DNA from: Raillietiella orientalis
Taxonomy: Eukaryota
NCBI GenBank assembly: GCA_036172245.1
Contig: JAYWIR010000038.1
Span: 124,001-188,000 of the forward strand
Direction: 5' to 3'
Length of the DNA: 64,000 bases
Shown: piece by piece, positions 1-13,545 of the stretch
How the letters are laid out: every line of letters starts with the position of its first letter
How positions within the stretch are numbered: position 1 is the stretch's first letter
The notes under the pieces: generated by a model
Told to the model about the DNA's origin: nothing
Seen by the model: the letters and a program-made list of their open reading frames with translations, nothing else
Databases searched by the model: none
Made by a program: the position numbers and the translations under genes

Positions 1-912
1 GGGGGGAGGGGAGAGGGATTTTTCCAGGTTCATTCCTGCTCTGGATCGGAAGGGGGCAAACACGGAAGATGAATACGTAAGACTTGGATCTTTCCATCAC
101 GTACGTTCCACCGCTGGCGGGATTTCCGGTAAAGAGGACTGCGGCGGTTCCCCACGGGAATCCACCGAAGGGCGACGGTGCACTTTTTTCCCCAACACGA
201 GTGTGAAGCTAACACGTTGAAGACACGGTTGTTGTCCTGCACGGGTGAAACACCTTGAGGTGGCTTTTCGTGCTGCTGGTCTTTAATTTAACCTACCTCT
301 AGCTGTTCACTAATTTTCAAAGCCCGTCTTTCCGAATCGACAGAAGAACAAGAAAAAGCAAAAAAAAAAAAAAGGAGAAGAAGAAGAAAACGGCTCGTCA
401 CGGCTTACCCTTTTGAATTTCCAGGCAGCACGGTGGCTTTCGCCACTTCCGTATAAAGTTTCATTCCACACACATGGAAACGGTCGTCATGTGTTCCTTT
501 CCCCTTGGCGCGATTCCTCGCATTCACTGCAGGGAGGGATTTCGTGGACTCTCCGGGAGGACCGGCAGCAAACGTTTCAATTCCGTTTCATTTTGCAGGG
601 ATGGACGGCGGTTCGCACCGATGGGGGGGGGAAAAAAATGGGGAATCGTTGAAAACACCGACCCATGATCTCCACGTTGGTTGCCATAAAACCGAACTTC
701 AGCAAAAGCTCCGTGGGGGGAGGCGATCGTTGGGGCAACTGGGAAAAAGCTCATTTTGCGTTCCCCACTGAATTGTGCTTTTCATTCGAAATTAGTGGAG
801 GCAAGTCGGTTGATGCTCCCTGGATATGAAGTCTAAATAGAATTCCTGTTTGGAAACTCCAGGCGTCGAATTGCTGATCTGAACGACTGAAAAGTGTATT
901 ATCACCGTTATT

Positions 913-2917
913 ATGTTTGGGATACTCGTCTCGGGTAGACTGGTAGGTATATTATATTGGAATTTTCTTTAAACAATTAGTAATTATTTTTCATTTTCAT
1001 GTTGATGTATTTGTCTCTCTCATCCAAAAATGTATTTAAGGTACAGACAAATCTAGAAAGAATTGATGATACACATTGTGTATTTAATATCCTAGATGCT
1101 GATAATATCAACCACATAGGTGTTTTTATGACAGGAGTTGAACCCTTTCCAGCTGGTATGGCTGGTGCAGGTTAGTATTAAGTGCATCTGTTTTTCTGTT
1201 TTCAGAATTTCACTTTAATCATATAGAGTTGCCAGGAACATTGTTTCTCAGAAAGAAAGAAAATGAAATGAAACACCCAATGCATGTATGTCAGTGTGGT
1301 ATTTTTTGATTTTGTAGTCACTGAACCAAAAAACATAAGACAGTGGTTTCATGAAAGATATGTCAGCATTTTGTGAGTAGTCTATTGAATATAAACCAAA
1401 ACCATTTAATGGCAATTGCGAAAAAGAAAGGATAGAAGCAAAATTACAATTCTTCTGAAAAAAAAACTTGCTTTTCAATACACAAGGATCACCTTTAAAT
1501 TCGCAAACGCATTCAGTTTGTTTGGCAAAATGCTGTTATTCTTTCATGAAAGTTCTCTGTGATCTCATGCTCATGGAGTCATCAGGTTCTAAATTTTGTT
1601 TGTTCTAGGTGGTTTCTTGTAGGGAAACATGTATGATCCTTGAAATATTCAGATTTTTTTCCTTTTTTTAAATTTGGATTCGTAGGATTAATTTTTGAAT
1701 TGAATTGGTTGTCCCGTATCTTTTTATTCCATAAATATATCTAACTGGGGAATTTTTCAATATAATCAAGATTTCTGTAATTGCGAAACTATTCGCTTCA
1801 AACTCGTAATTTTTGTTATTATTTGCCAACATGCTTCAGACTTTGTGCATTACAAAGTTTCAAAATCCTTATTAACTGTGGAAAATTACAATTATAATAC
1901 CCACAAGGAGTGCTCATAAGATCAGTCCAAATGTTAGAAAGCACTATGAATTTTTCAAATTCTTTTGTTTTTTGAGTAACCAAATACTCACGTATTCCTG
2001 TTTAAATTGTGACATTAAGTTTGCATTGGATGTAAATTTTATCTACCTTCCTTTTCAGCATTCTGTGTCTTATGAGCATATGTGTTTTCTTATGCAAATT
2101 ACTGGATCATGTATTAATAGCATTTGCATTGATGATCCACCTTTGAAATTCTGATTGCCTTACCAAGTTTCAATGTTGTTGTGCCCTGCACTCGGTAACA
2201 TTCTTCAGTCTGCTTAAATGCTGTTTTAAATATTGCAATTTTGCATTCTCTAGTGAAATTTTCTCTACATTTCAAAATAATTCTCATTTGCTTGGATATT
2301 TGTTAGTACTTCATCACAACATATGCCTAGCAAATGTTAAGCCACAACTTAAAACTCTTTTGATTAAATAAAATAATCTAATAATTAGCAAAAATTGTGT
2401 TTCAAAGGATGCTTTCACTGAACTGTTTGTGCTATACTATACAGATGACAGAAAAATCTATATATGTGGTGTTTTTATGTGATTATTAGTGTATTTCAGT
2501 TGGCCTGAACCACTTTCCCCTCCTACTTGGCAGTATTTAGGATTTATCTCTAATGATAAACCATCAGCAATTTTCAAGATATCTCAACTCAAACGTACAG
2601 AAGCCACCCAGATGTTTGGATTTGGAAATCAACAGTCATCACACACTGCCCAAATTGGAATTTCAGTTGAAACCCTGACCCAGGTACTTGCACTTCAGCC
2701 AGCTATCAGTAGCGACCCAAATAATACATCCATCTTTATGGAATTCACCACAAGAATGCTAGAAAGTTTCTTTAATTATATTGCAAGTTTCTCTTGTAAT
2801 CAAAATCAAATAATGCTAAGTCCTGAGGAAACGTACATCCCCATGAGTGTTGCTAAAAATTGGTTTGAATCATTCACAAGACGCTTGAGTCAGAATGCAT
2901 ACTTTTGGAAAACCTAA
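913..2917 (+). CDS. HIKESHI: Hikeshi/OPI10-family Hsp70 nuclear import carrier, 3 coding exons (913-942, 1041-1170, 2490-2917)
   Basis: GT-AG joined exons give MFGILVSGRL-VQTNLERIDDTHCVFNILDADNINHIGVFMTGVEPFPAGMAGA-VYFSWPEP...WQYLGFISNDKPSAIFKISQLK...AQIGISVE...WFESFTRRLSQNAYFWKT*, colinear end to end with remembered Hikeshi (MFGCLVAGRLVQT...KPSAIFKIS...FWKT). Exon phases are consistent. Confidence 0.95.
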
Positions 2918-3899
2918 GTGATCATTCATGCAGTTGTTAAAATATATTGATCAATATTCAATGTGTAAGGATAAAATAAGAATATAAAGCAAATGTGCGA
3001 AATATTGAAGTCATCAGCAATACAGTCTACTGACCTCTTGGTCTCTGTTTTCAATTTGTGTTAAAAATATTGTCACGTTTCCCATAGAATGGTGCTGTAG
3101 CATTCGTTTTTACCCTCCCTTCTCCATTTGGGGCGTGTAGCACGCTGTTGCTATACGCCATATTTTGAGATGTAGCAGCAGTGGTGGTTATGGACAAATT
3201 TGTATTTTAATCATGCTTTGTTTATTAAGATTTGCTATGTAAGTTGCACCGAATAACATGTTTATTCCACATTGCGATCCCTTTGAGAGCCAAAGGAAAT
3301 GGTTTGAGAGAGCATCTTGTTCAGAAACCCTCGAAACCTTTTTTTAATCGATCGTTCGAAAAAAACTCTCAACCACCACCACTTCATCCTTTTACATTCT
3401 CACTACGAGTATGACTTCAGTGTGTGGGTACACGCAATCCCGCGTTGGTTTCTGTATCTCTTTTGTCTCCGAAAAAGAATATATGTTCAGACTGTACAAA
3501 GCCGGATACCGTACAGATAGATTTTCACACCTGCATGCAAACGAATCACCCATCCAAAAGTGCGATAAGTGGAGAAACTCTTTTGTGGAACACCGTGCAG
3601 CCGCCAAGGAACTCCGGGGGGGGGGGGGAGGCAAAGGGCTAAACGGCGTAGCGTCGCCCCGATAAGGGAAGTTCATCTGGGTTTTTGGATTTGTACTAGG
3701 AAGAGGGAAGTCTCAAATCAGAAGGCGAAAGTTCAGCAAAATAAAGGAGTTGAACAAAAATAGGTGAGGAATGCGAAGCCAGCGCAATCTTCGTCTTCAG
3801 GAGGAAGTGGTTACCTTGATGTCGTAAAGATCGGGAAAAAGGTGAACCAGAAATCCAGCGTCCAGAAAGAAATCAAACCATCCTTACGAGCCCTCTTTT

Positions 3900-6620
3900 T
3901 ATATAGTTGTGTGAATAAAAATGAGTAATCACGAGTCCTGTCGATTTTTTTTCCAGCCTACGAGAGTGGAGAGTCGAGGGATTCGGCCATTCGCGGAGGG
4001 AAGCCATCCCGCTGGAACGGCTTGGGTTGCCATGATGAAAAATGGTCAAGTAGGAAATAACGAGTCAACTCGGGATCGAATGGACTCGTGGATGACTTGA
4101 AAGGAACTTGGCAAACGAAACCTATTCAAAGAATTGCAAGACATTTCCACTGTTTTTCAGACCATAAAACGTTTGCCGAGTTTCCTGCGAAAAGCTCATA
4201 ATGCTATCCTTCCTTAATTCATTCCCAGGCGTTGGAACCGAGGTCGGATGATTTCAAAGAAGCTTCATTCAACATGATTTCTGCAGAAAGTATGTCGAAC
4301 GTAGCACCTCCTGCACAGCTGGTTCGTATTCTGGTCCCCATTTGTAGCCGAACAACATCACTACTCGTGTGAGTGTACCGAAGCAAGAATGCCGTGCCAA
4401 GTTTTCGACACCGTACGATCTTTCCTAGCGGCGCAGGAGGATTCTGAGACGGTTGTTAAGCAAAGAGAAAGTGAAATGCAAGGTGTCTCGGATAAATTTC
4501 CGCAAGCTGCATACAGAATTTCCAAAGATAAGCACATGAGAATGAGCATGTAGGACACTAAAGTGCTTTAAGCATATGGGACTGGGAAACTCTTTATACA
4601 AACCTATGCACTTGAAAAGATTCCTCAGAAATGAAATCTACTTAAGCATCATGAGCATTCTCTCGCGCACTATCTTTTTCTAGTGGAGAACAGACAGACT
4701 GTGCACATGACTCTGTGGCACGAATTTCGTCATAGACCTTATACTACTTGAACACGTGCAGACGTATACTAGAATCTGTATATTAGGATGGATGTGACAG
4801 TATTCGATTCTCATCCTCGAGCTGTATGTATTCTTTCCAAAATATAGAGAACTGATGTCTACGTCCAATAGAATGCCCACTTGCAGGCAGGGATGAAGAT
4901 TGCTCTTCTCTATCACAAGACCTGAAATCTTGAATTTCCTCGATATGTTCCACCGAGAGAAGCGCTATTCTCCGAGGTAACTCTTGGCTAAATAGCTTTG
5001 ACGCATCTTTGGGATTCATCTGTGCACCTTTTTAAGTGGTCAACGGCGTCTCTGTTCATGTGGGCTGTGAAGTACACACGAAAGTGCCTTCTTGACAACA
5101 CACTGATCGTCTGCTGTCTTCACAGACAATGCTTCCGTCTTCAGAACCTTTTCTTTAGCCACAATCTCTTGATTGTGGCCAAAGAAAACGTTAACATTCA
5201 AGAGATGGGATGATTAGCATCCACAAGAATTTTTAGTTGACTCCGGCTATTTATTGTCATCGTGCGAGCCTCAGGCACACGGAAAGCAGTAAGGTGCATT
5301 TGAGGTAAGGAAAGCATAAAATGCAAACTGGAGGCTGAACTGGCTGAGGAGACTCATCTTTTCAAACAAGAAACAGATCGTCCTCGGGGCTGAAAGTTAG
5401 CAGACAGAAGACAAAGAGCGATTATCTGTGAAGACTGCTCGATAGACCAAGGAATTTGGAGAATTGTGAATAACGGAAATTTCTTTCTCAGCAAGCAGAA
5501 AAGACTGCCGGAAAGAAAGTGCAAAACCCTCTTTTTCACAGACATCTCAATTTTAGAATGAAACTCTTGCTAATGCCTTCATCATGGTAACCGGCATTAG
5601 AGTCGAGCATTCTAAAGCTTTGGCAGCAGCGGTCTCTTCGTTCTAGGTCTGGTTCTTTGCTGACTATCAACTCTAACGAGGAGTCACACGTGCACGCTTG
5701 TGACGGAAGTGTGCTGCTCATCTTGTCTCTGCATCAAGAAAGCAAGGTCAAACTTCAAGAAAATGAATCTTGTGAAATCCGACATACCAGGATGCGTTCT
5801 CTTTCCCTCTAGGTTGAATAACATGCTTATCCGTAAGCTAAAGGGTGAGATAAGGAGGGAAGTGGCCAATGAACGCACTCGTCAAAAAAAAACCTGCTCA
5901 AGTCTTTGTTCTTCCGCGCTGTATCACTTAGCCGCGAATGCCATTGTAAATGTCCCTCTTGTAAGTGTGAAAGATAAGCACTTTTTTTTTGCAATCCATT
6001 CAACAGGCACGAAGTGTTAGTCATCTACCATCTAAAAGCAACAGTCTCTTTCGGATGCTTTCGACTCTTAGTAATCGTCTGCCCGTCTCGAATTCATGTT
6101 TTCATGCGATTGCATCGATGGAAATGTGCCGACACGTGGATTCTGCTTCTTGTTCTGGAATGCATCGTCCTGCCAGCCTGATCAGCCAGCCAGGAAGAGG
6201 AAATCCCCATGTTCCGCAGTTCTCAAGCACGTGAAAGAATCGTCGTATGGCCACGCGTGGCACACTGCGGTTCTAAAGTGGAAAACCTTCATTGGAATAG
6301 GAGAAGTGGACCGAATTCTGGCACTTCTTTTTCCTTTCGCCACGAAAGGAATCGAGCACGATGGAATTCAAACAAATGGCCGGATTTGTTATTCCACCTA
6401 GATCCACAATCTCAGCTTTTTTTTTTTATCCACCTAAGAATTTCTGGAAGATCAAGAAATCATGCGGAGGCAAGGAAAGATAGGTGCAGTTAGGAGATGC
6501 AAATAAAATCTTATCTGAGGATCTGAGATTTCCTGAGATATTTTCTGCTCTTTCTGTAACTGTCACCTTTGCGACGAACAAATGAACAAGTAATTTGCAA
6601 TCTTATTTCCGCCTTGCGTA
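3900..6620 (-). mobile_element. Heavily decayed L1/Tx1-like LINE ORF2 (endonuclease-RT) remnant
   Basis: Minus-strand fragment NPKDASKLFSQELPRRIA...Q...GHSI (4783-5019) resembles the RT segment NxDxKLFS..L..R....Q...GRSI seen in the intact copies at 53-54 kb and 60-61 kb. A GDF-like codon run lies near 6200. Many stops and frameshifts; ends approximate. Confidence 0.45.
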
Positions 6621-6744
6621 CGAGTTTTGCCCTTCAACACATTCCAGTGCACTTTCATCTCACTGTGGGGACGACCCACGAAATGATGAATTTGAGTCCC
6701 ACATTTCCCAAGATATGTCTGGTTCTTCGACACGGCTCCACGCC

Positions 6745-7290
6745 ACCCGAGGGTGGGTGTAATTCTTCAAGATAGGGGGTACCCCGGAAGAGGCCCATCC
6801 TATGAATCCAGGAAGGACTCGGAGCCCACTCAGCTCCCCCGAAGGGATCGGCTTGCTTCTCTGCACTCTCTGGAGAGGTGGTGGCGACACACCTTCTCCA
6901 TCAGCACGACGCGGAGGGTCCCCCCCGGAAGGGGGGTCCGCTCCTTCACAACCGGAGGAGAGCTTCCACTCCTTGTTTCCTGGAAGGACCCGGAGGTCGA
7001 CTCTTATTTGTCCCGGCCTTCATCGGGAGCATCCGGTTTGAACCGCTACCAGTGCCTCACCCGGATGTATGCAGGCCAACCAGCGTCATCTTGCGGGAGG
7101 AACTCGGAACCCACGACGCACTGCCCCGTCGATTGCTTTCGGAGTATTCGAACCCGCGACCTTCGGTGGTGCCACGCCCGGAGACCGCAGCAGCCACACG
7201 CCTCCGACGCGCGCTCTGGTTCACAAACACGTATCCTGCCCCATTCGAGCACGGCCTAGTGTGACCCGATTGGAACCCTTTTAAGCAACC
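6745..7290 (-). repeat. Dispersed repeat, copy of 31940-32780; probably a LINE endonuclease-region fragment
   Basis: attcttcaagatagggggtaccccgg...cctatgaatccaggaaggactcggag, ...ggaaggacccggaggtcga..., ...gtattcgaacccgcgac recur at 31970-32710. Weaker matches at ~46800-47020 and ~61740-61950, the last lying upstream of an RT. Confidence 0.7.
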
Positions 7291-7617
7291 GAATGCCATA
7301 TCCCGGCCCAAGAAACCTAAGGTTCCTGTGCAGATCTGAACTTGTGCCTTGAGTAGTCCGTGCTTCTTCCACAGCGAACAAGTTTTATGGAAGAAAAAAA
7401 TCCTTGTGCGTAGACTACGGAAAAATCATCCACACGTTCGGGAAGCTCGTACTTAGTAAAATTAATGTCAAAGATACGTACTGTATGTACTCTAAAATGT
7501 AGTCACAGTACAGTACAAAGTATGGTATGCAGTTCTCTTTGTACGAGTTTTATTTGTAGATCATGGTGCTTGGATATGATATTTATAAGACACAGCATGT
7601 ATCTTGAACATTTATCC

Positions 7618-7709
7618 TGGCCCCTGAGTAAGGATGACACGCTGGACATCCCTCCAGGGTGAGGCTCGATCAGTGTACACGCTTTCGGCTGTATAGATAC
7701 TAAACATTG
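7618..7709 (+). pseudogene. U6 snRNA-like fragments (degenerate, 3' part before 5' part)
   Basis: 7618-7642 tggcccctgagtaaggatgacacgc matches remembered U6 tggcccctgcgcaaggatgacacgc at 23/25. 7673-7709 gtgtacacgctttcggctgtatagatactaaacattg resembles the U6 5' hairpin plus atactaaaattg. No intact ACAGAGA box. Confidence 0.55.
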
Positions 7710-7799
7710 TAAAACATTCTAACATTGTATGTTTACTATCTCACTTTAAGGCAAAGTGCTAAACATTTATCATTCTTAAAAAAATAAGGACTTTCTAAA

Positions 7800-8692
7800 A
7801 AATAAGAAAGCATATCCTGACAAATCAATAAAAGAAGTGAAAGACAAGCCTGAACGAGAATTCAAGAATTATAGCAGAAAAGATGCAGCATCACCCCCAA
7901 GATTTGAATATGAGAGGAAAACCTGGGAGGGGCAGGATACGAGGGGGAAGCGGAAGAGCCATGGAGTATTCGGGGCAAAAGAGAGTAGGATAGACAATCT
8001 GGACCTGAGAAAACTGGTGTAAAGCCAGTTGAGAAACGAGAAGGTGCTGGATCAAATAACTGGGGAAGAGAAGATGAAATTATGGATACCCATGAGCACG
8101 CCAAGAATGGGTTGTCTGATGCACAAGGAGACACCTGGAATGGGACTGATAGCCCAGGGGAAACTGTGACTGAACAGTCGATTCCTAATGGAGAGGTTTC
8201 CCTTCCTTCTCCAAAGGAAGAACCGGCCCCAGAAATGGCTTTAGATGAGTGGAAAAAATTACAAGAAAGCAATCGCTCTCGACCCCAGTATAATCTTCGC
8301 CAGGCTGGCGAATGAGAGGACAGCACCCAGCAGAGTGGCTGCATTATGCTCCGTAAAAAGGATTTTTGTTCCTACTCCTGAGCCAGATGAAGATGAGATG
8401 GTTTCCGATGGGGAAGATGCACAGCGTAGATCACGGTCCAAACCGATTCCGATCGATATTACGTCCGCCAATGCACGACGTGGTAGAGGAAGAGGTCGTG
8501 GAATGCGTGGCACACGTGCTGCAGGTCGTGGTGCACTAAGAGGCAATGTGACCGGAAACTTCCGGGAGCGTACGGAGAGGGACCACATCAACGGCAAAAT
8601 GCACCACGCGTGGATGCCGAGACCGATTTTCCTTCATTGGAATAACATTTGGACATTCCTTTTGTGCCTGAAAATAAAAAAAAAAAAAAAAA
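7800..8692 (+). pseudogene. SERBP1: Processed pseudogene of SERBP1/vig (HABP4/PAI-RBP1 family RNA-binding protein)
   Basis: Intronless RGKRE*DRQSGPEKTGVKPVEKREGAGSNNWG (in-frame TAG 7986-7988), EMALDEWKKLQ..RPQYNLRQAGE, an RGRGRGRG box and C-terminal APRVDAETDFPSLE* (TAA 8643-8645). Frameshifts separate the blocks. AATAAA merges into poly(A) at 8671-8692. Confidence 0.88.
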
Positions 8693-9006
8693 GGCTTTCC
8701 AGCCTTGCCGATATTTCATCGGCTTACCACTACCGCAGTGTCAGCCCCAGCGTTCTCGCAGTTGATAGATGCATCTTTCCAAGCTATCTGCTCACGGAAA
8801 TTTGAGTGAAACAGAATTCGGCCCGTCTCAATCGCACGTTCGCGCTCTTGTCAGAAAAACAGCTGCACTGACGGTACACCACAAAACCGAAATTTCTCCC
8901 CCCACCGTTGTACGTTGATTTACAGTCATGCGAGGGCTTCGGCCGTTTTTCCTCCGCGTGACGACTGCTTGCGTGACGTCAGCTTAGATTTCTAGTGATA
9001 GAGATC

Positions 9007-9043
9007 TGATTACCAGAAGTAGAATCATAACTTCTGGTAATCA
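9007..9043. repeat. Perfect 14-bp inverted repeat with 9-nt loop
   Basis: tgattaccagaagt-agaatcata-acttctggtaatca. Confidence 0.85.
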
Positions 9044-9749
9044 AATCACCCTATTTGAGAAGCACTTCATTGATGGTGTGACCAGAAAGTGAGTGCGTCT
9101 TTCGATTCAGAATGCTTGCGTGGTTTCTTGAAAGCATAGGGGAACTTTTCGTTGGAGGCTCAGCCGTAATTTTCTGCATTACGGAAAGATTTTTTTTTTT
9201 TGGGGGAGGGAGGGGGGATCTAATCATATGTAAATATGCATGTATGTATGCTCTCGTATGTGTCTATGCATACGTAATGTCGCTAAGACAAAACTTGCTT
9301 TGCGTGAGGAACGCAATGTCCAGATGCAGCTTAGCTCAGGATTGGATTCTTTACATCCTGTTGCTCCAAAGGAAGTTACTCCTGGAATTTTCTTTTTTTT
9401 TTTTTTGAACACCAGTTCACTTCAGCACGGTCATTTCAAGAGCTCATGAAGGCGATCCCCCTACCAGCATCCACTCTTCCTTACATTTTGCTGAACACCT
9501 TCGTCACGGTGTTTCCCCCAAGTCACTGGGGCTCTGGGTCAAATGCCCCTCGTGGTAAGACAGCACCTTTCAGAATTTTCGAATTTTTTTTGTGCATGGA
9601 AAGAGTAATATGTTCAGGTGATCCGTAATTAATCTGACTGTCGATCCCTCACTTGGGCTGCAAGGCAAAAAAAAAAAAAAACCAAAAAAACGAAAAAAAA
9701 ACGAATTTTTTGTTTTCCCCCTCCCCCCACACACATATTTCGTTATGGC

Positions 9750-12700
9750 ACTTGAATTGACGGTTATGAATCAGACATGAATACGGGCGAGTGAACTCGA
9801 ATGATGAAATGACCCATCGGGAACACAAGAAACGCCCGGCAAAGCGAAACCTCACGCGAAAAAATCCACAAATCACCACAAATGAGCGCGATTTTCCAGT
9901 CGGGCCCGACACGCCGTGCATAAATGAGTAAGAAGTTGTCTTCGTGGGGCACGTGCACTAGAAGTTCGTCTTTGCCTCCTTGTTCCACGAAGCCCTCTTC
10001 GCAAACACCCCACTGAACCCACGCGCCCATCCCGCGCAACTTTTCCTGGAATCCCTCCGCTTCGTGGGCTGCGATGTGCTCCTGAGGTTTTCGTGGCTTC
10101 CTCTCTTCCCAGAGCCGCTCATCCATATTTTCTTCCTGGTCCGCTCAGCCATTTCTTGTCATCTGTCATTCGACATGGTAGGCCAGGTCCCTGGGAAGCA
10201 TTCGAATCATCTTTGTTTCCGCAACTTGCGAGCATCACGGGCGCTACCGTTTCCAGCGTGATTGATTGCAGACGCTTCTTCTCCCATGGAACTTCCTTCG
10301 GTCACCTTGGCGGACTTCTCGAGGCCTTTTGGCAATTGCTGATACGACCCACCTCTGCGATGAACTGGCCCCAAATGTGTGATTTCGTCATCAAAACTAG
10401 CATGGACGAGGCGGCCCCAAAACAAATGTTGTGCAGCCTCATGTAGTTTAAAAGAATTTCGGCATTAGATCTTCACTGGCAGGCAACAACATTTGTCTCG
10501 ATTCGATTCGGGATGTGTGACTGATACATTGTACCATTATACACAGCACTTATGGAAGTCTTTTCCCGTTGAAGACAAACTGCTGCCTGAAGAATCGATA
10601 GGTCTGGGTTCAATTCTTTTTTTTTTTTTTTTTTCCATTTCCACTTTTTAGACGTTTGAACAGCAGGCGTCTCCAGTCCATTCTTTTCGGGAATCTGCTG
10701 TTGTCCTCGGCAGAAATCAACGGTACTTGTGGGATTTATTTATTTCATGCCCAAAGTTTAGGAAAACTTTTAGTCCTTCAGCTTCTGAAAATTCTCGCGT
10801 GTTACAGGAGTCTTCCTCGTGGAAACCACTTGGAGACTTCTGTCTCCAAGCTGATTGGTGTATCTGGCCGTTCGGGAGCCACAACCGAATCGAAACGCAT
10901 ATTTCAGAAAATATCGATGTTTCGAAATTTTCAGTTGACGCCTTCTAGCTTGAATAGGCGTACATTCCTTCAAAAGAAGGCTTCTCGGTCTTTTCATGTT
11001 TGACGGAGATTCTTTTCCACTCTTTCCGTGGTCTCCGTGATCCTCGCTTCTTTGGAAACTGGCTGCCTTGAATTCGAGGCACCTTCGCTGATGGCTGCTG
11101 TAAAGTTCTGTCCATTCATTGCATGCGATGCCGGGTGATGGTCTTTCAAGGAGCTCAGCCTCATCCGCAAAAGCTGTTGTGTTTGTTCTTCAGGTGTTTC
11201 CAGGACCTTGCAGCTTCATTAATTGCATCCCATGAATTCCCAAGAGACTGCAAATTCATTAGTTGCTTCCCGTAACTTAAAAAGTAAGTTGCTTTGTTTT
11301 GTCCGTCGAAAGCACTGGCAGTCTTGCTGAAATTTCAAAGGATTTTTCACATCAACGGAAACTCTGGATTCTTCGGAGATGGCAACGTCGGTGTCCAGGT
11401 TCGGCAGTTTCATCTGCTCAGGGAATTTCCATGTGTCGAGTCAGATTCCTCCTTTACATTTCTTCATGTAATCCCGAATCTTTTAAACAACCACATATCC
11501 CGATGGCACAATTCTGTTCTTGAATTTTCTATTTCTGTTCCCGAGACTTGCTCGCTTGGTTACAGAAAGCATATAACTGTATCCGTGCGGTTGAGATGGA
11601 AACCGGATCCCTGGAAGATAAACGCGACAAGACTCGTGCAGTTCTCCTTTCCTCAAGGTATTTTATAGAAAACACATCCACATCTCAGACTCCTGAGATT
11701 CTAAAGGACCAAACACAACAACGTGGTGAATACCTGGCCTGTTGCAGTTGTGTAAATCAAAAGGTTAAAACACACATAGCGTTCGTATCTCGGGATCTTC
11801 GACAGGATCCCCGACTTGAAGACTGTTCCAAGGCTTGTAAAGACTCAACTGCAAGCGGTAGCTAATTGGAACCACCGTGCGCGGTGGCACACGACGAGGC
11901 TCCAGTGGCTGCGTGGTCTCCTCGCGCCAGCTCTTCGCCGACGCGCCTCGCATTCCAAGCAAATTTCCGAGGGTTCACAATCAGAATTGGATGGCAGTGA
12001 AATAACTTTGCTCGCAAAACCACGATGATGATGACATAATAAGACCCCAATGTAAACACGAGTGCTGTGAACGTTAGAAATGCTTCTTGCAAGCTTTCGT
12101 GGACGGAGGAGACTACGAAACAGTGAACAAGTAGAATGAAAATGAATTGCGGAGGCGGTTAATCTGTGCAGCTTAAAAAAGTCAGAGTGGAGGAACGGCG
12201 GTGATGAAAGAATTTAAGAAGGAAAAATCGGGACAAATTGGCCATTTCGTGTCCATGAAATTTCTCAACGTGAGGTGTTAAAAAGAGTCCCCGGGAACAC
12301 GAATGCAAGGAGCACACGGAAGGATGCGAGAAATGCAAGTGTTCCAAATCCAAAGGATGTCGTTAACTGAATAGAAAAGTTAAAATGAGGAAAGCTGCGA
12401 TGGCTGAATGCAGTCCCATCAACGCAAGTGCAATGTGATCGGCCCCATGATTCTTTGAAGAGGGTTCAATAAGACTCCGTGGTGGCGACGATGCTTGTCA
12501 GATTCGTTCGGCAAAGCTGTAGTTTGCAACTCCGGAAGAAAAAAAGGATATGGACCACAACACTGTTACGAGAGGCAACCGTATCCGCATGAACTAGGAT
12601 GGCATGTTTAGGGAGTCTGAAGTAAAAAGTACAAGGAGATCTTTCCCTGTGTCCTTGTGATCACGCTTAACTGAAACGACATGGTGAAGGTCCAGTCGAA

Positions 12701-12900
12701 AGCCCCCAAACGGTGGCACCCGTTCGGACTGAAGGCAGCAACTGCACACCAAGTCAGCGGTCCAGTAGAATGCACGTCGAGGGCACCAAGATCAAGATTG
12801 CACTCGCTTAAAATTAGCGAGGACCATAGTTTGGACCCATGGTTTGTGGACGACTCGAAACATCTAGAAAATTCGTTTGTGAGGTGAAAGCAGATCTGTA
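9750..12900 (-). mobile_element. Heavily decayed L1/Tx1-like LINE ORF2 remnant
   Basis: Minus-strand traces in expected order: KFHGHEMANLSRFF (~12250, like KAPGEDGLPAEFF), LAVE..QA (~11840, like AVDLxKAFD) and EAAQHLFW (~10430, like the E..HL..C of the C-terminal zinc motif). Low similarity; ends approximate. Confidence 0.4.
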
Positions 12901-13274
12901 TTTCAAGAAGCGATTACTAAGATCGACTAAGGTGTCGACACATTAAGCCAGTGTGTTCACACCCATGGGAAAAAACCAACGACCAGGAAATGCAATCGAG
13001 ATCTGAAACTGAATCCATGGGAGACTTCGATTCCGCAAAACGCTTCCAGACCAGGAAACACCAGTGTTCCGCTGGACGTCAGTAAGTGTCCCGTGAAGAA
13101 TGATGAAAAATTAATGTTTTAAATGCTGCGCCGAGCCGGAAGACGTTTGAAACGCAGGCGCTCCTCGCTTTGCGTGTCAGCAGCTCTCTCATGTTGTGTC
13201 TGACATCAAAAGAATTTGTCATCCAAAGACACCGAAGCATCGAAGAAGGTAATTTTACTACATATGCGCTGATT

Positions 13275-13545
13275 TCCTTTACTATTTTCGTGTGTGTGTC
13301 GTTTCATGCATGATTCGAAATTTGGGAATAAAGTGTCTGTTTTGGTTTCTTGACTCTTACATCTACTTGCTTGATTTATTTATTATTAATATCCACCTAC
13401 CCTGAAATTTTAACGGAATGCCTTTGTCATTTTGTAGGGGTAGGTAGGTATTGATGAATGTAAGAGTCAGGAAACCAAAACAGACACTTTATTCCCAAAT
13501 TTCGAATTATGTATGAAACGACACACACGAGAATAGTAATAGAAG
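13275..13545. repeat. Long imperfect foldback (about 85-bp arms plus inner stem); MITE/foldback-like
   Basis: gtgtgtgtcgtttcatgcatgattcgaaatttgggaataaagtgtctgttttggtttcttgactcttacat (~13293-13361) is the near-perfect reverse complement of atgtaagagtcaggaaaccaaaacagacactttattcccaaatttcgaattatgtatgaaacgacacacac (~13458-13528). Inner cctaccc/gggtagg arms also pair. Confidence 0.85.

Noticed and set aside
8245..8805. 186-aa RG-rich ORF as a functional gene
   Set aside because: It is a frameshifted piece of the SERBP1 retrocopy that reads through the poly(A) tail.
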